Assembly: GCA_963847915.1 (NCBI GenBank)
Contig: CAWKBT010000001.1
Location: 64,539-128,538, forward strand
DNA: 64,000 nt
DNA from: an uncultured Alphaproteobacteria bacterium
Lineage (GTDB): Bacteria > Pseudomonadota > Alphaproteobacteria > Rhizobiales > Beijerinckiaceae
Direction: 5' to 3'
Below are positions 21,560-31,635 of the stretch, piece after piece. Position 1 is the first letter of the stretch. Each line of letters begins with the position of its first letter. A program made the translations under genes and the position numbers. The notes beneath the pieces were generated by a model. It did no database searches. It had not been told where the DNA came from and saw only the letters and a list, made by a program, of their open reading frames with translations.

Positions 21560-21864
21560 GACGCGGCTCCCGGGCGCCGGGCAGCGGTGGCGTGCGGGGG
21601 TTCGCGCCGCGGGTACGAGGCGAGGGCGAGGCGCGGCGTGGGAATCGTCATGAAGGTCGTCCGGAGCAACCGTTGTCGAGGACGGTGTTGCAGAGGTCGT
21701 GCCAAAGCTCAACCCTGTGGAGCAGCGGCGAGTCGACGGTCGCCGGGCCGCCCCCGTGTCGCCAAGGCGGACACGCCCTGTCCGCACGGCGGACGGCGTC
21801 CCTCTCGCACGATGCGGCACCCGCGATCGCACTCACGCGTTGGAGCTTCCGAGGAGGCGCCACC

Positions 21865-22050
21865 ATGACCCAGCCCAAGCCCCGGACCGAGCACGACTTC
21901 GACCGGCCCATCTCCGACGGGCCCAATGCCCGTCCGCGCGACGAGCCGATCGGCCAGACCGACCACGGCCTTCCGGACGACACAAGCCGCGCCGTGGAGA
22001 TCACGCCGGAGGAGGAGGCCGAGATCGCCCGCAAGCTTCTCGAGCGCTGA
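21865..22050 (+). CDS. small hypothetical protein (61 aa)
   Basis: The ATG is preceded by GAGGAGG (21851-21857). An acidic, ordinary-composition peptide (MTQPKPRTEHDFDRPISDG...EEEAEIARKLLER). Confidence 0.45.
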   Translation: MTQPKPRTEHDFDRPISDGPNARPRDEPIGQTDHGLPDDTSRAVEITPEEEAEIARKLLER

Positions 22051-22256
22051 GGCCGGTCCCGCATCGGGCGACGGCCCTGTTCACAAGGTGAGATCGACGC
22101 GCCGCTTCAACGACGGCCGCGCCGGCTTTAGGGTACCCTGGCCTTCGGCGGATCAGCGGCCGGGCGCGACCGCCCGATGGCGCCGAGGCCGACAGGACCC
22201 GGCGAGGCCCGTCGGCCGGCGCGGCATCGACCGGTCCCGCGCGAGAGGAGGCGAAC

Positions 22257-22475
22257 ATGGGCTACGAGGTCGCACAGATCGGGGACGACAGGCTCGAGGT
22301 CACGGCGCCCGACGGCCGGCGCTTCACCTTTCCCATCGTCGAACTGCAGGCGACGCGGCGCAAGCCGCGCTTCGGCAACAGCGCCCGCGACTTGCCCGTG
22401 AGCACGCCGCTCCAGATCCTGGCGGAGGCGCGCCGCGCCGCCGAGGATTACGCGATCGACAACGACCTGATCTGA
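22257..22475 (+). CDS. small hypothetical protein (72 aa)
   Basis: The ATG is preceded by GAGAGGAGG. The composition is non-biased (MGYEVAQIGDDRLEVTAPDGRRFTFPIVELQ...). Confidence 0.5.
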   Translation: MGYEVAQIGDDRLEVTAPDGRRFTFPIVELQATRRKPRFGNSARDLPVSTPLQILAEARRAAEDYAIDNDLI

Positions 22476-22545
22476 CAGCCTCGGCGGCCCTCTTCGACCC
22501 GTTCGGTCGGCCTTGGCGTTTCCGGGCGCGGCGGCGGACCTTGCC

Positions 22546-22980
22546 TCACTCCGCGCGGCGGCTCGCCAGCGCGTCGAGGTCGGGCAGCAGCACGACGCTC
22601 TCCTGCTCGTTCGGGTCGGTCCGGGCGATCACGGCCACGACCTCGTCGGTCTCGCTCGGGTTATAGGGCAGGTGCGGCACGTCGGCCGGGATGTAGAAGA
22701 ACGAGCCCGGCGGGACCACGCTGTGATGGGCGAGACCTTCCCCGTGCCACACGTGGGACGTCCCGCTCAAGGCGTAGATGGCGGTCTCGTGATGCGCGTG
22801 CTTGTGGGCCTTGGCGCGCCCGCCCGGCGGGATCCGCACGAGCTGCATGTGGATCGCCCGCGACCCCACCGTCTCGGCCGAGATCCCGACCGCGTAGGTG
22901 AGCGCCTGGCGGCCCACGACGTCGGAGCCCGGCGCGACCACGCGGCAGACGGACTCCTCGGCCTTCCGATGGTCCTGCAT
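22546..22980 (-). CDS. cupin-domain protein
   Basis: The ATG at 22980 is preceded by AAGGAGGAG. GGRAKAHKHAHHETAIYALSG...PPGSFFYIPADVPH forms the two cupin motifs. Confidence 0.8.
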   Translation of the reverse strand: MQDHRKAEESVCRVVAPGSDVVGRQALTYAVGISAETVGSRAIHMQLVRIPPGGRAKAHKHAHHETAIYALSGTSHVWHGEGLAHHSVVPPGSFFYIPADVPHLPYNPSETDEVVAVIARTDPNEQESVVLLPDLDALASRRAE

Positions 22981-23106
22981 GGCACTCCTCCTTGAGGCCG
23001 CCCCCCATGACGGATCCGCCCGTCCCCGACCAGGAGAGCGCCGGCGCGGCGGGGCGTCAAGCGCACGGCCGGCGGCCGAGCACGGCACCCCCGGCCGCGC
23101 GGACCC

Positions 23107-23949
23107 TCAGCCCTTGACGGCTCCGGCGGTGAGGCCCTGGACGAGGTAGCGCTGGATGACGAAGAACAGCGCGCAGACCGGGACCAGGGCCAGGACGCCG
23201 GCCGCCATCATCTGCCCGAAATCCACCGAGAACTTCGACACGAAGGCCAGGAGCCCGACCGGGAAGGTGCTGGCGGCGGAGGATGAGTTGAGCATCAGGG
23301 CGAAGAGCAGTTCGCTCCAGGCGGCCGTGAAGACGAAGCCCAGCGTGGCGGCGAGGCCGGGCAGCGTCAGCGGCAGCACGACGAGGCGCAGCGCCTGGAA
23401 CCGCTTGGCGCCGTCGATCATGGCGGCCTCCTCGAGGTCCTTGGGAATACCGTCGAAGAAAGACTGCATCAGAAAGGTCGCGAAGGGCACGTTGAAGGCC
23501 GTGTAGACGATCACCAGCCCCGTCAGGCTGTCGGTCAGGCCGAGGGGCGAGAGGAGGCGGAAGATCGGCGCCACGATCATGACGAGGGGGAACATCTGGC
23601 TGACCAGCATCAACCCCACGATGGCGGCCCGCCCCCGGAACGCGAAGCGCGAGAAGCCGTAGCCGGCGCCCGACGCCACCACCGTCGACAGCAGCGCGGT
23701 CGCGCCCGCCACGACGGTGCTGTTGCGGAAGAACAGCGGGAACTGCGTGTGGGCCACCACCGAACCATAGTGGGCGAAGGTGATCCGCGAAGGCCACAGC
23801 CGCACGCCCTCCGAATAGAGCAGGTCGTTCGGCGTTACCGACACCTTCAGCAGCCAGAACAGCGGGAACAGCGCGAAGACCAGGAAGGCGCCGAGCAGGC
23901 CCGCATGCATCACGCGGAACAGCCGGCGGCGGAGGATGTGGACCCGCAT
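23107..23949 (-). CDS. carbohydrate (CUT1-type) ABC transporter permease
   Basis: 280 aa with the EAA loop EEAAMIDGAKRFQALRLVVLPL and six hydrophobic spans. Confidence 0.9.
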   Translation of the reverse strand: MRVHILRRRLFRVMHAGLLGAFLVFALFPLFWLLKVSVTPNDLLYSEGVRLWPSRITFAHYGSVVAHTQFPLFFRNSTVVAGATALLSTVVASGAGYGFSRFAFRGRAAIVGLMLVSQMFPLVMIVAPIFRLLSPLGLTDSLTGLVIVYTAFNVPFATFLMQSFFDGIPKDLEEAAMIDGAKRFQALRLVVLPLTLPGLAATLGFVFTAAWSELLFALMLNSSSAASTFPVGLLAFVSKFSVDFGQMMAAGVLALVPVCALFFVIQRYLVQGLTAGAVKG

Positions 23950-23950
23950 G

Positions 23951-24883
23951 TCAGCGCACCGCGAGGAGGGTCTGGCGCAGCGTCACCAGCACGGCCGCAT
24001 AGGCGAGGAGCAGCAGGAGCAGAACCGCCGCGACGGCGGAGGCGTAGCCGAAATCGAGCCGCCCGAAGGCCAGGGTGAAGATGTAGCTCGACAGGATCTG
24101 GGTGGAATCGGCCGGTCCTCCTTTGGTCATGACCACGATGAGGTCGGCGAAATTGGCGATCCACACCGTGCGCAGCATCACCGTGATGGCGATGGTGGGG
24201 GCCAGGAACGGCAGGGTGATGGCGCGGAACCGCCGCACCGCGCCCGCCCCGTCCATGGCGGCGGCCTCGTAGAGGTCGGCGGGGATCGACTGGAGCGCCG
24301 CCAGGAGTGTGATGGCGAAGAAGGGCACGCCCCACCACACGTTGGCGGCGATCGGCCCCCAGATGGCGTGGTCGGGCGAGGACAGGATGTTGTCCGGCGC
24401 CGCCATGAGGCCGAGCGAGACGAACCAGTGGGGCAGGGGTCCCACGACTGGGTTGAACAGCCAGGCCCAGTTCAGACCGGACAGGAACGAGGGCACCGCC
24501 CAGGGCAGGAACACGAGGGCCTGCACGAGGCCGCGGCCCTTGAACGGCACGTCGAGCAGCAGGGCCAGCACGAGGCCGAGCCCGAACTGCAGGACGACCG
24601 ACGACACCGTCCAGGTGACGGTGTTGCGCAGCGCGTTCCAGAACGCCGGGTCGGCGGCGAGCTGGCGGAAGTTGTCGAGCCCCACGAAGCCGCCGCTGTC
24701 CGGATCGAGCAGCACGAGATCGCGGAACGCGTAGGACAGGCCGACCACGAGGGGCACCAGCATGATCAGCGCGATGAGGAACACGGATGGCACCGTGTAG
24801 AGGTAGGGCTCCAGGACCAGCGCGAGCCGCCGCCGGGCCGAGCGCCGGCCGGGCGCCCGAACCGGGACCGCGGCGGCGCTCAT
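23951..24883 (-). CDS. carbohydrate (CUT1-type) ABC transporter permease
   Basis: 310 aa with the EAA loop YEAAAMDGAGAVRRFRAITLPFL. It lies 1 nt upstream of the next permease. Confidence 0.9.
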   Translation of the reverse strand: MSAAAVPVRAPGRRSARRRLALVLEPYLYTVPSVFLIALIMLVPLVVGLSYAFRDLVLLDPDSGGFVGLDNFRQLAADPAFWNALRNTVTWTVSSVVLQFGLGLVLALLLDVPFKGRGLVQALVFLPWAVPSFLSGLNWAWLFNPVVGPLPHWFVSLGLMAAPDNILSSPDHAIWGPIAANVWWGVPFFAITLLAALQSIPADLYEAAAMDGAGAVRRFRAITLPFLAPTIAITVMLRTVWIANFADLIVVMTKGGPADSTQILSSYIFTLAFGRLDFGYASAVAAVLLLLLLAYAAVLVTLRQTLLAVR

Positions 24884-24908
24884 GACGATGGTCCTGCGGC
24901 GGCGCGCT

Positions 24909-26174
24909 TCATGGCTTGTTGGAGGCCTTCTGCTTGTCCTTGGTCAGCACGGCGGCCCATTGCTTGTTCATGGCCTCCGGCGTGATCTGGCCGAGCAGCG
25001 CCTGCTGGCTCGACTTCACGGCGATCGAATCGGCGAAATAGCCGAAGCCCGGCAGGTAGGTCGGCATGATCAGCGGCACGACGTCCTTGTCGGAAAGTTC
25101 GGCGAACCAACCCTTGAACTGGTCACCCTTGTAGAACGGGTCCTGCTCGGCGGCCTTGTAGATCGGCAGCGCCCCGGTGCGCTGGTTCCAGGCGATGTTG
25201 CCCTCCGGGCCGTCGAGCGCCGTGATCAGCTCCCAGTCGAGGTCCTTGTGCTGGCTCGCCTTGAACATGGACCAGCCGGCATAGCCGAGCGTCGGATAGG
25301 CGCGCCCGGAAGGGCCCTTGGGCATGGAGGTGACGCCGAATTCCTCGGGCTTCATGCGCTGCGCGATGGCGATCAGCGCGTCCGGGTCCTGGTCCAGCAT
25401 GGCGCAGGTGCCGGAGTAGAAGCCCGCCACGATCTCGTTGAAACCCCAGTTGACGCTGTCCTTGGGAGCACCGCCGCTGGTGTAGAGGTCGACGAGGAAC
25501 TGCGATCCCTTGATCCAGGCGGGGTCGGAGAGCGTGGAGGTGCCGTCGGCCTTGAAGAACTCGGGCGAGCCGGCCGTCGTGGCGTCGAACATCATCCAGC
25601 CGTTGAGGCCGCCGGGGCCGCCCCGCAGGCAATAGCCGGACTTGCCGGGCAGGGCCGAGATCGCCTTGGCGTCGGCGGCGAACTCCTCCAGCGTCTTCGG
25701 CGGCGCGTCGATGCCGGCCTGCTTGAACAGCACCTTGTTGAAGAAGAGGGCCCGCAGGTAGAAGCCGTAGGGCAGCATGTAGGCGGTCTTGTCGACGTAG
25801 CGCCCGAGCTCCAGCGTGCGGGCGTTGAGCGCCGCCGTCTGGTCCCACTTGGCGAGATAGGGCTCGAGGCTCTCGAGCCGCCCGCTGTTGGCGTAGAGCG
25901 ACAGCCAGCGGTCCGGCATCTCGACGACGTCGGGCGTGTCGCCGGCCGACACCATGGTGGCGAACTTCTCGAAGGCCGAACCCCAGGCCAGCGAGGTGAT
26001 CTCGACGTGGACGCCCGGGTGGCTCTTCTCGAAGCCGGCCACGATGGTCTTCAGCGTGTCGGTCCGCTCGGGGCTGGTGATGACTTCCACGAGCTTCAGG
26101 ACCGTGTCGGCCCGCGCCTCGGCTCCGAAGAGCAGGAGGCCGGCGGTGGCGCTCAGGAGCAGGCGTTTCAGCAT
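24909..26174 (-). CDS. carbohydrate-type ABC transporter substrate-binding protein
   Basis: Signal peptide MLKRLLLSATAGLLLFGAEARA. The family-1 extracellular solute-binding pattern runs throughout. Confidence 0.9.
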   Translation of the reverse strand: MLKRLLLSATAGLLLFGAEARADTVLKLVEVITSPERTDTLKTIVAGFEKSHPGVHVEITSLAWGSAFEKFATMVSAGDTPDVVEMPDRWLSLYANSGRLESLEPYLAKWDQTAALNARTLELGRYVDKTAYMLPYGFYLRALFFNKVLFKQAGIDAPPKTLEEFAADAKAISALPGKSGYCLRGGPGGLNGWMMFDATTAGSPEFFKADGTSTLSDPAWIKGSQFLVDLYTSGGAPKDSVNWGFNEIVAGFYSGTCAMLDQDPDALIAIAQRMKPEEFGVTSMPKGPSGRAYPTLGYAGWSMFKASQHKDLDWELITALDGPEGNIAWNQRTGALPIYKAAEQDPFYKGDQFKGWFAELSDKDVVPLIMPTYLPGFGYFADSIAVKSSQQALLGQITPEAMNKQWAAVLTKDKQKASNKP

Positions 26175-26198
26175 GTGCGGGTTCCTCCGGAAGGTTTG

Positions 26199-27371
26199 TT
26201 ATCGCTGCGTCGCGGCCGCGAGGGCCGCGGCGAGATCGGTCCAGAGCGCCTCGACCCCTTCGAGGCCGACGTGCAGCCGGACCATGCGCTCGGGCACGCC
26301 GAAATCGACGGCCGAGTTGGGGCCGGCCGCCTGGACACGCGTCACGAGGGCCGGGACGACCAGGCTCTCGTGACCGCCCCAGCTCACGCCCAGCTTGAAC
26401 AGCGTCAGCGCATCGCAGAAGGCAGGGATGTCGACGCGCTCGTCCATCACGAGCGAGAAGAGCCCGCTGGTGCCGTGAAGGCCGGGCGGCAGCGCACCGC
26501 GCAGCGCCGGATGGAAGACCGCGGCGACGCCGGGCGCCTCGGCGAGGCGCCGCGCCAGCGTCAGGGCCGCGGCTTCGTGCTGGCGCAGGCGCGCCGGCAG
26601 CGTCCGCAGGCCGCGCAGCAGCAGCCACGCCTCGAAAGGCGCGAGCTTGGCCCCGATGTAGGGGCAGATCGCGCGGCGGATCTCGGACACGAGTTCGGCG
26701 CGCCCCGCCGCGACGCCCGCCACCACGTCCGAATGGCCGCCGATGTATTTCGACGCCGAATGGACCACGAGGTCGACGCCCAGCGCCAGCGGGCGCTGGA
26801 AGACCGGCGTCGCCCAGGAATTGTCGATCATGCTGAGAGCCCCGTGGCGTCGCGCCAGGGCGGCGAGCGCGCCGACGTCGTGCGCCTCCATGGTCCAGCT
26901 CGTCGGGCTTTCGAGGTAGAGCAGCCGGGCGCCCGGCAGCGCCGCCGCGACGGCGCCGAGGTCGCCGCCGTCGACGTAGTCGACCGTGATGCCGAGCCGC
27001 CGCAACAGCGTCTCGAACAGCCGGTAGGCGTCGGGATAGACGTGGCGGACGCAGACGATCCGGTCGCCGGGCGACACGAAAGCGAGGACGGTGCCCGAGA
27101 TGGCCGCCATGCCGGAGGGGAAGCCGATCGCGTCCTCGGCGCCCTCGAGCGCCGCCATCTTGGCCTCGAACAGCGACACCGTCGGATTGGTGGTGCGGGA
27201 ATAGACGTCGCGCCGGATCCGCCCCGCGTAGGTCCCCGCCATGTCGGCGACGGTGGCGAAGGTGAAGAGCGACGTCTGCACGATGGGCGGCACCACGGCC
27301 TCGAAGGCGTGCGAACCGTCATGGGCGACGATGCGCTCGGCTTCGGCGAAACGGTCGTCGTGAAGCGTCAT
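26199..27371 (-). CDS. Cys/Met-metabolism PLP-dependent enzyme (cystathionine gamma-synthase / beta- or gamma-lyase family)
   Basis: The SASKYIGGHSDVVAG PLP-lysine motif plus NPTVSLFE and DNSWATP segments. It overlaps the upstream GntR gene by 4 nt. Confidence 0.85.
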   Translation of the reverse strand: MTLHDDRFAEAERIVAHDGSHAFEAVVPPIVQTSLFTFATVADMAGTYAGRIRRDVYSRTTNPTVSLFEAKMAALEGAEDAIGFPSGMAAISGTVLAFVSPGDRIVCVRHVYPDAYRLFETLLRRLGITVDYVDGGDLGAVAAALPGARLLYLESPTSWTMEAHDVGALAALARRHGALSMIDNSWATPVFQRPLALGVDLVVHSASKYIGGHSDVVAGVAAGRAELVSEIRRAICPYIGAKLAPFEAWLLLRGLRTLPARLRQHEAAALTLARRLAEAPGVAAVFHPALRGALPPGLHGTSGLFSLVMDERVDIPAFCDALTLFKLGVSWGGHESLVVPALVTRVQAAGPNSAVDFGVPERMVRLHVGLEGVEALWTDLAAALAAATQR

Positions 27372-28087
27372 GCCGACATGGCCTCGATGTCCTCCTCGAC
27401 GACGGCCAGGATCGCGTAGGTGCGGTCCCGCGCGCGCGACGGGTCGCGGTGCCGGATGGCGTCGAAGAGTTCGCGGTGGAAGGGAAAGGAGCGGCGGGCG
27501 AAGTCCGGCCGGTCGAACGGCTTCTCGAAGAAGCCCTCGAAGGCGCCGCGGATCTGCTCCAGCAGCTGGCGGAACAGCGGATTGTGGGTGGCGTCGTAGA
27601 TCGACAGGTGGAACGCCAGATCCTCGGGACCCGCCGTGCCCTTCTCGATATGGACGGCTTCCATGGCGTCGAGCTTTTCGGCCACCCGGGCGAGATCGGC
27701 CGGCTCGGCCCGCAGCGCCGCGACCGCGCTCGCCTCGACCTCGAGGCCGCGGCGCACCGCGAGCGTCTGCAGCAGGCGGTCGCGCAGCGCGCCGGGGTCG
27801 ATGGTGAGCGGCACGTGGATGGTGTCGGCCGACAGGGGGCGGAGCAGGAACGTGCCGCTGCCGACGCGCGTCTCCACGACGCCCCGGGCCTGGAACTGCC
27901 GCAGCACCTCGCGGACGGTGGAGCGACCGACCGCGAGCGAGCGCATCAGCTCCCGTTCGGTCGGCAGCCGGTCGCCCGGCTTGAGCGCGGCGCTCTCGAT
28001 GAACCCGGCCAGGGCACGGGTGACCGCGGCCGACCGGTCCGTCGCCGGCAGCGGCGCGAGCGCGGCGCGGTCCGTCACGGCAGGCAC
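27368..28087 (-). CDS. GntR-family transcriptional regulator (FadR/FCD subfamily)
   Basis: N-terminal wHTH LPTERELMRSLAVGRSTVREVLRQFQARGVVETRVGSGTFL and a helical FCD-like C-terminal domain. Confidence 0.85.
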   Translation of the reverse strand: MPAVTDRAALAPLPATDRSAAVTRALAGFIESAALKPGDRLPTERELMRSLAVGRSTVREVLRQFQARGVVETRVGSGTFLLRPLSADTIHVPLTIDPGALRDRLLQTLAVRRGLEVEASAVAALRAEPADLARVAEKLDAMEAVHIEKGTAGPEDLAFHLSIYDATHNPLFRQLLEQIRGAFEGFFEKPFDRPDFARRSFPFHRELFDAIRHRDPSRARDRTYAILAVVEEDIEAMSA

Positions 28088-28225
28088 GGTCCGGTCACGG
28101 ATCCAGGGCGCATGGCGAGTCCGATCGTCGACCCGAATTGGTCTGACATCCGATCATTGACCGGCGCCTTGCCGGCGTCAAGTCGTCGCGGGGTGCCTCG
28201 GAAGGAGCCGGAGGCGGGGCGCCGG

Positions 28226-28936
28226 TCAGAGTTCGGCCATCAGTCGCTGGTGCTCCCGCTCGCCGACCTGGTAGCTGTCGCCCGCGAGGTCCATCAGCTT
28301 GTCGCGGTCCCTCACCTCGATGCGGCCGCGCCGGGCCCTGATGGCGCCCGTGCCTTCGAGCACATGCGTGGCGATCGTGACGCCGGGGCGCCGCACACCC
28401 AGCATGGCGGCGAGGTAATCGTGGGTGATGGGCATGTCGGGCGAGCCGAGCCTGTCCTGCATGATGAGCAGCCAGCGGGCCAGCCGCGCCTCGATGTCGA
28501 ACGAGACGTTGACGAAGGCGGTCTGGGAGATCTGGATCATGAGCGACTGCACGTAGAGGCCCAGCGGCTTGAACGCCGAGGGATGGCGGGCGAGGACGTC
28601 GACGAGGTCGTCGCTCGTGATCCGCAGGCCCTCGCCCGGGACCTGGACGACGGAGCGGTGCGGCGTCCGGCGGGTGCCCAGCACCACGGGCGCGCCGACG
28701 AAGCCCTCGCGGCCGATGACCCCGATCTCGATCCGGCCTTCCTCCGCATCGGCGACGCTCGACACGATGCCGCTCTCGGGAAAGATCACATGCGTGATGG
28801 GCTGGTGGGGGGCGATCAGCGTCGCCTGGAACGTCAGCGGAACACGCTCCAGCTTCGGCGCCAGCGCGGCGGCGTCCTCGCGTGACAGGGCGGCGAGCAG
28901 GCGGTTGCGGACCGGCAAGTCGGCACAGGTGATCAT
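28226..28936 (-). CDS. Crp/Fnr-family transcriptional regulator
   Basis: A cNMP-binding-like N-terminal domain and the C-terminal HTH THDYLAAMLGVRRPGVTIATHVLE. Confidence 0.85.
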   Translation of the reverse strand: MITCADLPVRNRLLAALSREDAAALAPKLERVPLTFQATLIAPHQPITHVIFPESGIVSSVADAEEGRIEIGVIGREGFVGAPVVLGTRRTPHRSVVQVPGEGLRITSDDLVDVLARHPSAFKPLGLYVQSLMIQISQTAFVNVSFDIEARLARWLLIMQDRLGSPDMPITHDYLAAMLGVRRPGVTIATHVLEGTGAIRARRGRIEVRDRDKLMDLAGDSYQVGEREHQRLMAEL

Positions 28937-29098
28937 GGCCCCGTTCCCCCCTGTCCGCGGAGGCGTCGCTCCGGCTGCCGCCTCCGCCCCTCCATCGACC
29001 CGGGAAGGCTACGCCGGTCCCACCGGGGCCGCTCTCTCATAAGTTGGTGTCCGTGTCCGGCCGGCTCGGCGCCGCCCGTCCGCGCGGGCGCGAAACCC

Positions 29099-30016
29099 TC
29101 ACGCGAGGTCGGTGAAACGCAGCGGCAGCGCGGCGGCCCGGAAGACCACGCGGCGCGGCAGGAAACGCCATAAGCGTTCGGCGCCGGTATGCCTGGCGAT
29201 CTCGGGTCCGTCCAGCACGACCTCGCCTCGCCCCGTCATCTGCAGGAGGTCGCCGGTGCCGCCATCGAGCACCGCGATGCCGACGCGCGGATCGACCAGC
29301 ATGTTGCCCAGCGTGTTGAAGAAGAGGTTCCCGGCATAGTCCGGCACCGTCGCGGCGCCGTCCCGCCCGACCGAGACGAACCCCGGCGCGCCGCCGCGGT
29401 GCGAGACGTCGACCTGCCGCCGCCCGTCCTCGCGCGTCACCGCGGTGGCGACGAACAGGGTATCGGCGGTGGCCAGGAGGGCGCGGGCCCGCCCGTCCAG
29501 TGTCTCCGAGACTTCGGGCGGGGCGGGCGGGCGCAGCGCCAACGGCGGTCCGGCGATGCGGCGATGGATGTAGCGCGGGCAGTTGCCGAAGCTTTCGGCG
29601 ACCCCGACCGAGAAGCCGTCTCCGCCCGAACGCCGCACCGTCCCGTTGAGGCGGTTCCGCCGCCGCGTGGCGGGATCGATGCCGAGGACCGCGACCGCGT
29701 CGCCGTCCTCGAGGCCCGTCTCGGCCGGGTCCCAAGCATCGCGGGCGATGTCGATGCGCAGTTCGGCCGGGTCGGGCGCCGAGACGAAGCCGGGTGCCCC
29801 GGCCCGCAGCGTGGCCCAGGGATCGCCCCCCGGGTCCACCGCGCCCAGGACCACGAAGGGCAGCAGCGGGAAGAAGAGCCGGTGCTGCTCCGGCATGTGG
29901 TCGCGGATGGCCCGCCGGCCCGTCTCCTCCATGCGCGTCTCGACGCCCATGCGCCTGTGCAGCGCGACCTCGCCCGCATGCCAGGGGGAGGCCGCTTCGG
30001 TGTCCCACGAGTCCAT
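29099..30016 (-). CDS. pyridoxamine 5'-phosphate oxidase-related FMN-binding protein
   Basis: 305 aa. HMPEQHRLFFPLLPFVVLGAVDPGGDPWAT and GNLFFNTLGNMLVDPR resemble PNPOx-like split-barrel proteins. The assignment is by recollection only. Confidence 0.65.
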   Translation of the reverse strand: MDSWDTEAASPWHAGEVALHRRMGVETRMEETGRRAIRDHMPEQHRLFFPLLPFVVLGAVDPGGDPWATLRAGAPGFVSAPDPAELRIDIARDAWDPAETGLEDGDAVAVLGIDPATRRRNRLNGTVRRSGGDGFSVGVAESFGNCPRYIHRRIAGPPLALRPPAPPEVSETLDGRARALLATADTLFVATAVTREDGRRQVDVSHRGGAPGFVSVGRDGAATVPDYAGNLFFNTLGNMLVDPRVGIAVLDGGTGDLLQMTGRGEVVLDGPEIARHTGAERLWRFLPRRVVFRAAALPLRFTDLA

Positions 30017-30254
30017 CGTCCGTCTCCGTCAAGCGCGCGATCCGGCGCCGTGAGGGAGACATGGACGTCGAGCGATGCGGCGAGAATGGGCGCTAGCGGC
30101 AATGGATCCCGCTGCAAGATGGAACGGTCCCGGTGCGGGCGCCGGGGGCCTTGGGCTCCGCCCTGCGGCGCCTTGACGTGAAACATTCCCGCCGACGGCG
30201 ACTTGAGGCTGGAGCGCCGCCGCCAGCGCGCGGCCTATCCACCAGGAGGTTCCG

Positions 30255-30590
30255 ATGCCCCAGTTCGACGCGACCATCAAGCACATCAAGGACGGCGTGA
30301 AGGGCTTCACCGTCAAGGCCGCCGTCACCAACATCGAGGGGTGGGAGGCCACGCTCGCGAGCTCGGAGACGCCCGGTGTCAAGACATTGGTCAAGGACCT
30401 CGAGAGCCTGAAGAAGCACATCCAGGCCGAGACGCCGAACGGCGAGCAGATCCAGAAGATCCTGGCCAAGCTCGGCAAGGAGACGGTGGCCTTCGCGGGT
30501 CGCTCCGAGGGCAAGAACGCCGAGAAGGCCAAGGCGCTCGGCGAAGCGCTGACCCACATGGTCGAGACGTCCGGCGCCAAGGCCGGCTAG
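30255..30590 (+). CDS. hypothetical protein (111 aa)
   Basis: The ATG is preceded by CCAGGAGG. A Lys/Glu-rich helical peptide with unbiased codon usage. Confidence 0.6.
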   Translation: MPQFDATIKHIKDGVKGFTVKAAVTNIEGWEATLASSETPGVKTLVKDLESLKKHIQAETPNGEQIQKILAKLGKETVAFAGRSEGKNAEKAKALGEALTHMVETSGAKAG

Positions 30591-30719
30591 AACGTCTTCG
30601 CCCGCGGCGGAGCGGCCCTTCGGCCGAGGCTCGCAAGCAGCCGCGGGGGCGTAGCCGCGAAGGCCGCCCCGGCCGACCGGCGCCGCAACCGGAACGCCGG
30701 ACCGGTGGGCTTCGCCGCG

Positions 30720-31493
30720 TCAGGCCGCCGTGCAGGCCGGGCCGCCGGGGGCCGGTCCGCCGTCGGGGGCGAAGACGTAGCGGTGGTCGCAGACGGCGAC
30801 CTGGGGCGGGCGGGCGGTGGCCGTGAAGGCGTCGCTCCCGGCCTTCAGCATGGCCCAGAAGGGCGCGTTGGGGTCGTCGCGGTGCTGGTCGAGGTTGGTG
30901 TCGGTCATGCGGAACGGGAAGGCTTGGAGCGGGATCGCGGTCTGGCCGCCCGCGAAAGCCTCGTGGGCGAGACCGTAGATCTCCTCGATCTGGGCGTTGG
31001 TCATGGCGTAGCAGCCGACCGAGCGGCAGCCGCCGTGCACCATCAGGGAATCGCCGGTGCGGCCGAGGGACCTGTCGTAGGCATTGGGATAGCCCGTGTT
31101 GAACGACAGATACTCGCGGCTGTGCGGGTTCATCTGGTTCGGCGTGACGGTGTAGAAACCCTCCGGCGCCTGGTGGTCTCCCTCGACCTTCTTGGGACCG
31201 AGCCCACCCGAGAAGCGGCAGATGGCGTAGGTCTTGAGCGGGCGGTAGCGGCCCCGGCGGTCCTCCTTGAACACTTCGAGGGTCGAGTCCTCCTTCGTGA
31301 TGCGGATCAGGATCGGGGCGCCCCGGTCCATGTCCTTGGCGTCCATCAGCGCCACCGTGTCGGGATAGACGGTGCCGATCTTCACCTGCTCGGCGAGGTC
31401 GCCGGCGCAACCCGACAGGACCAGTGCCGCGGCGAGGGCGGCGAGGAGCGCCGGGGGAAGCCGGTGCCCGCGGGAGAACGGAAGACGCATCAC
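30720..31493 (-). CDS. L,D-transpeptidase-family protein (YafK-like)
   Basis: Lipoprotein-like signal (LAALAAALVLSGC). ICRFSGGLGPKKVEGDHQAPEGFY and MVHGGCRSVGCYAMT match the YkuD catalytic His/Cys region. Confidence 0.8.
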   Translation of the reverse strand: MMRLPFSRGHRLPPALLAALAAALVLSGCAGDLAEQVKIGTVYPDTVALMDAKDMDRGAPILIRITKEDSTLEVFKEDRRGRYRPLKTYAICRFSGGLGPKKVEGDHQAPEGFYTVTPNQMNPHSREYLSFNTGYPNAYDRSLGRTGDSLMVHGGCRSVGCYAMTNAQIEEIYGLAHEAFAGGQTAIPLQAFPFRMTDTNLDQHRDDPNAPFWAMLKAGSDAFTATARPPQVAVCDHRYVFAPDGGPAPGGPACTAA

Positions 31494-31635
31494 GGTTCGA
31501 CCAAACCCTCACCCGGACCAGGGACAGTTCCGCCATCCTGCCCGCCCGAGACGGAAGGATTGTGGCGTCGACCGGCGACAGCCGGCGCGGACGCTCATGG
31601 TGGGCCGGGATGGTGAACGGACCGTATGCGGGCCT

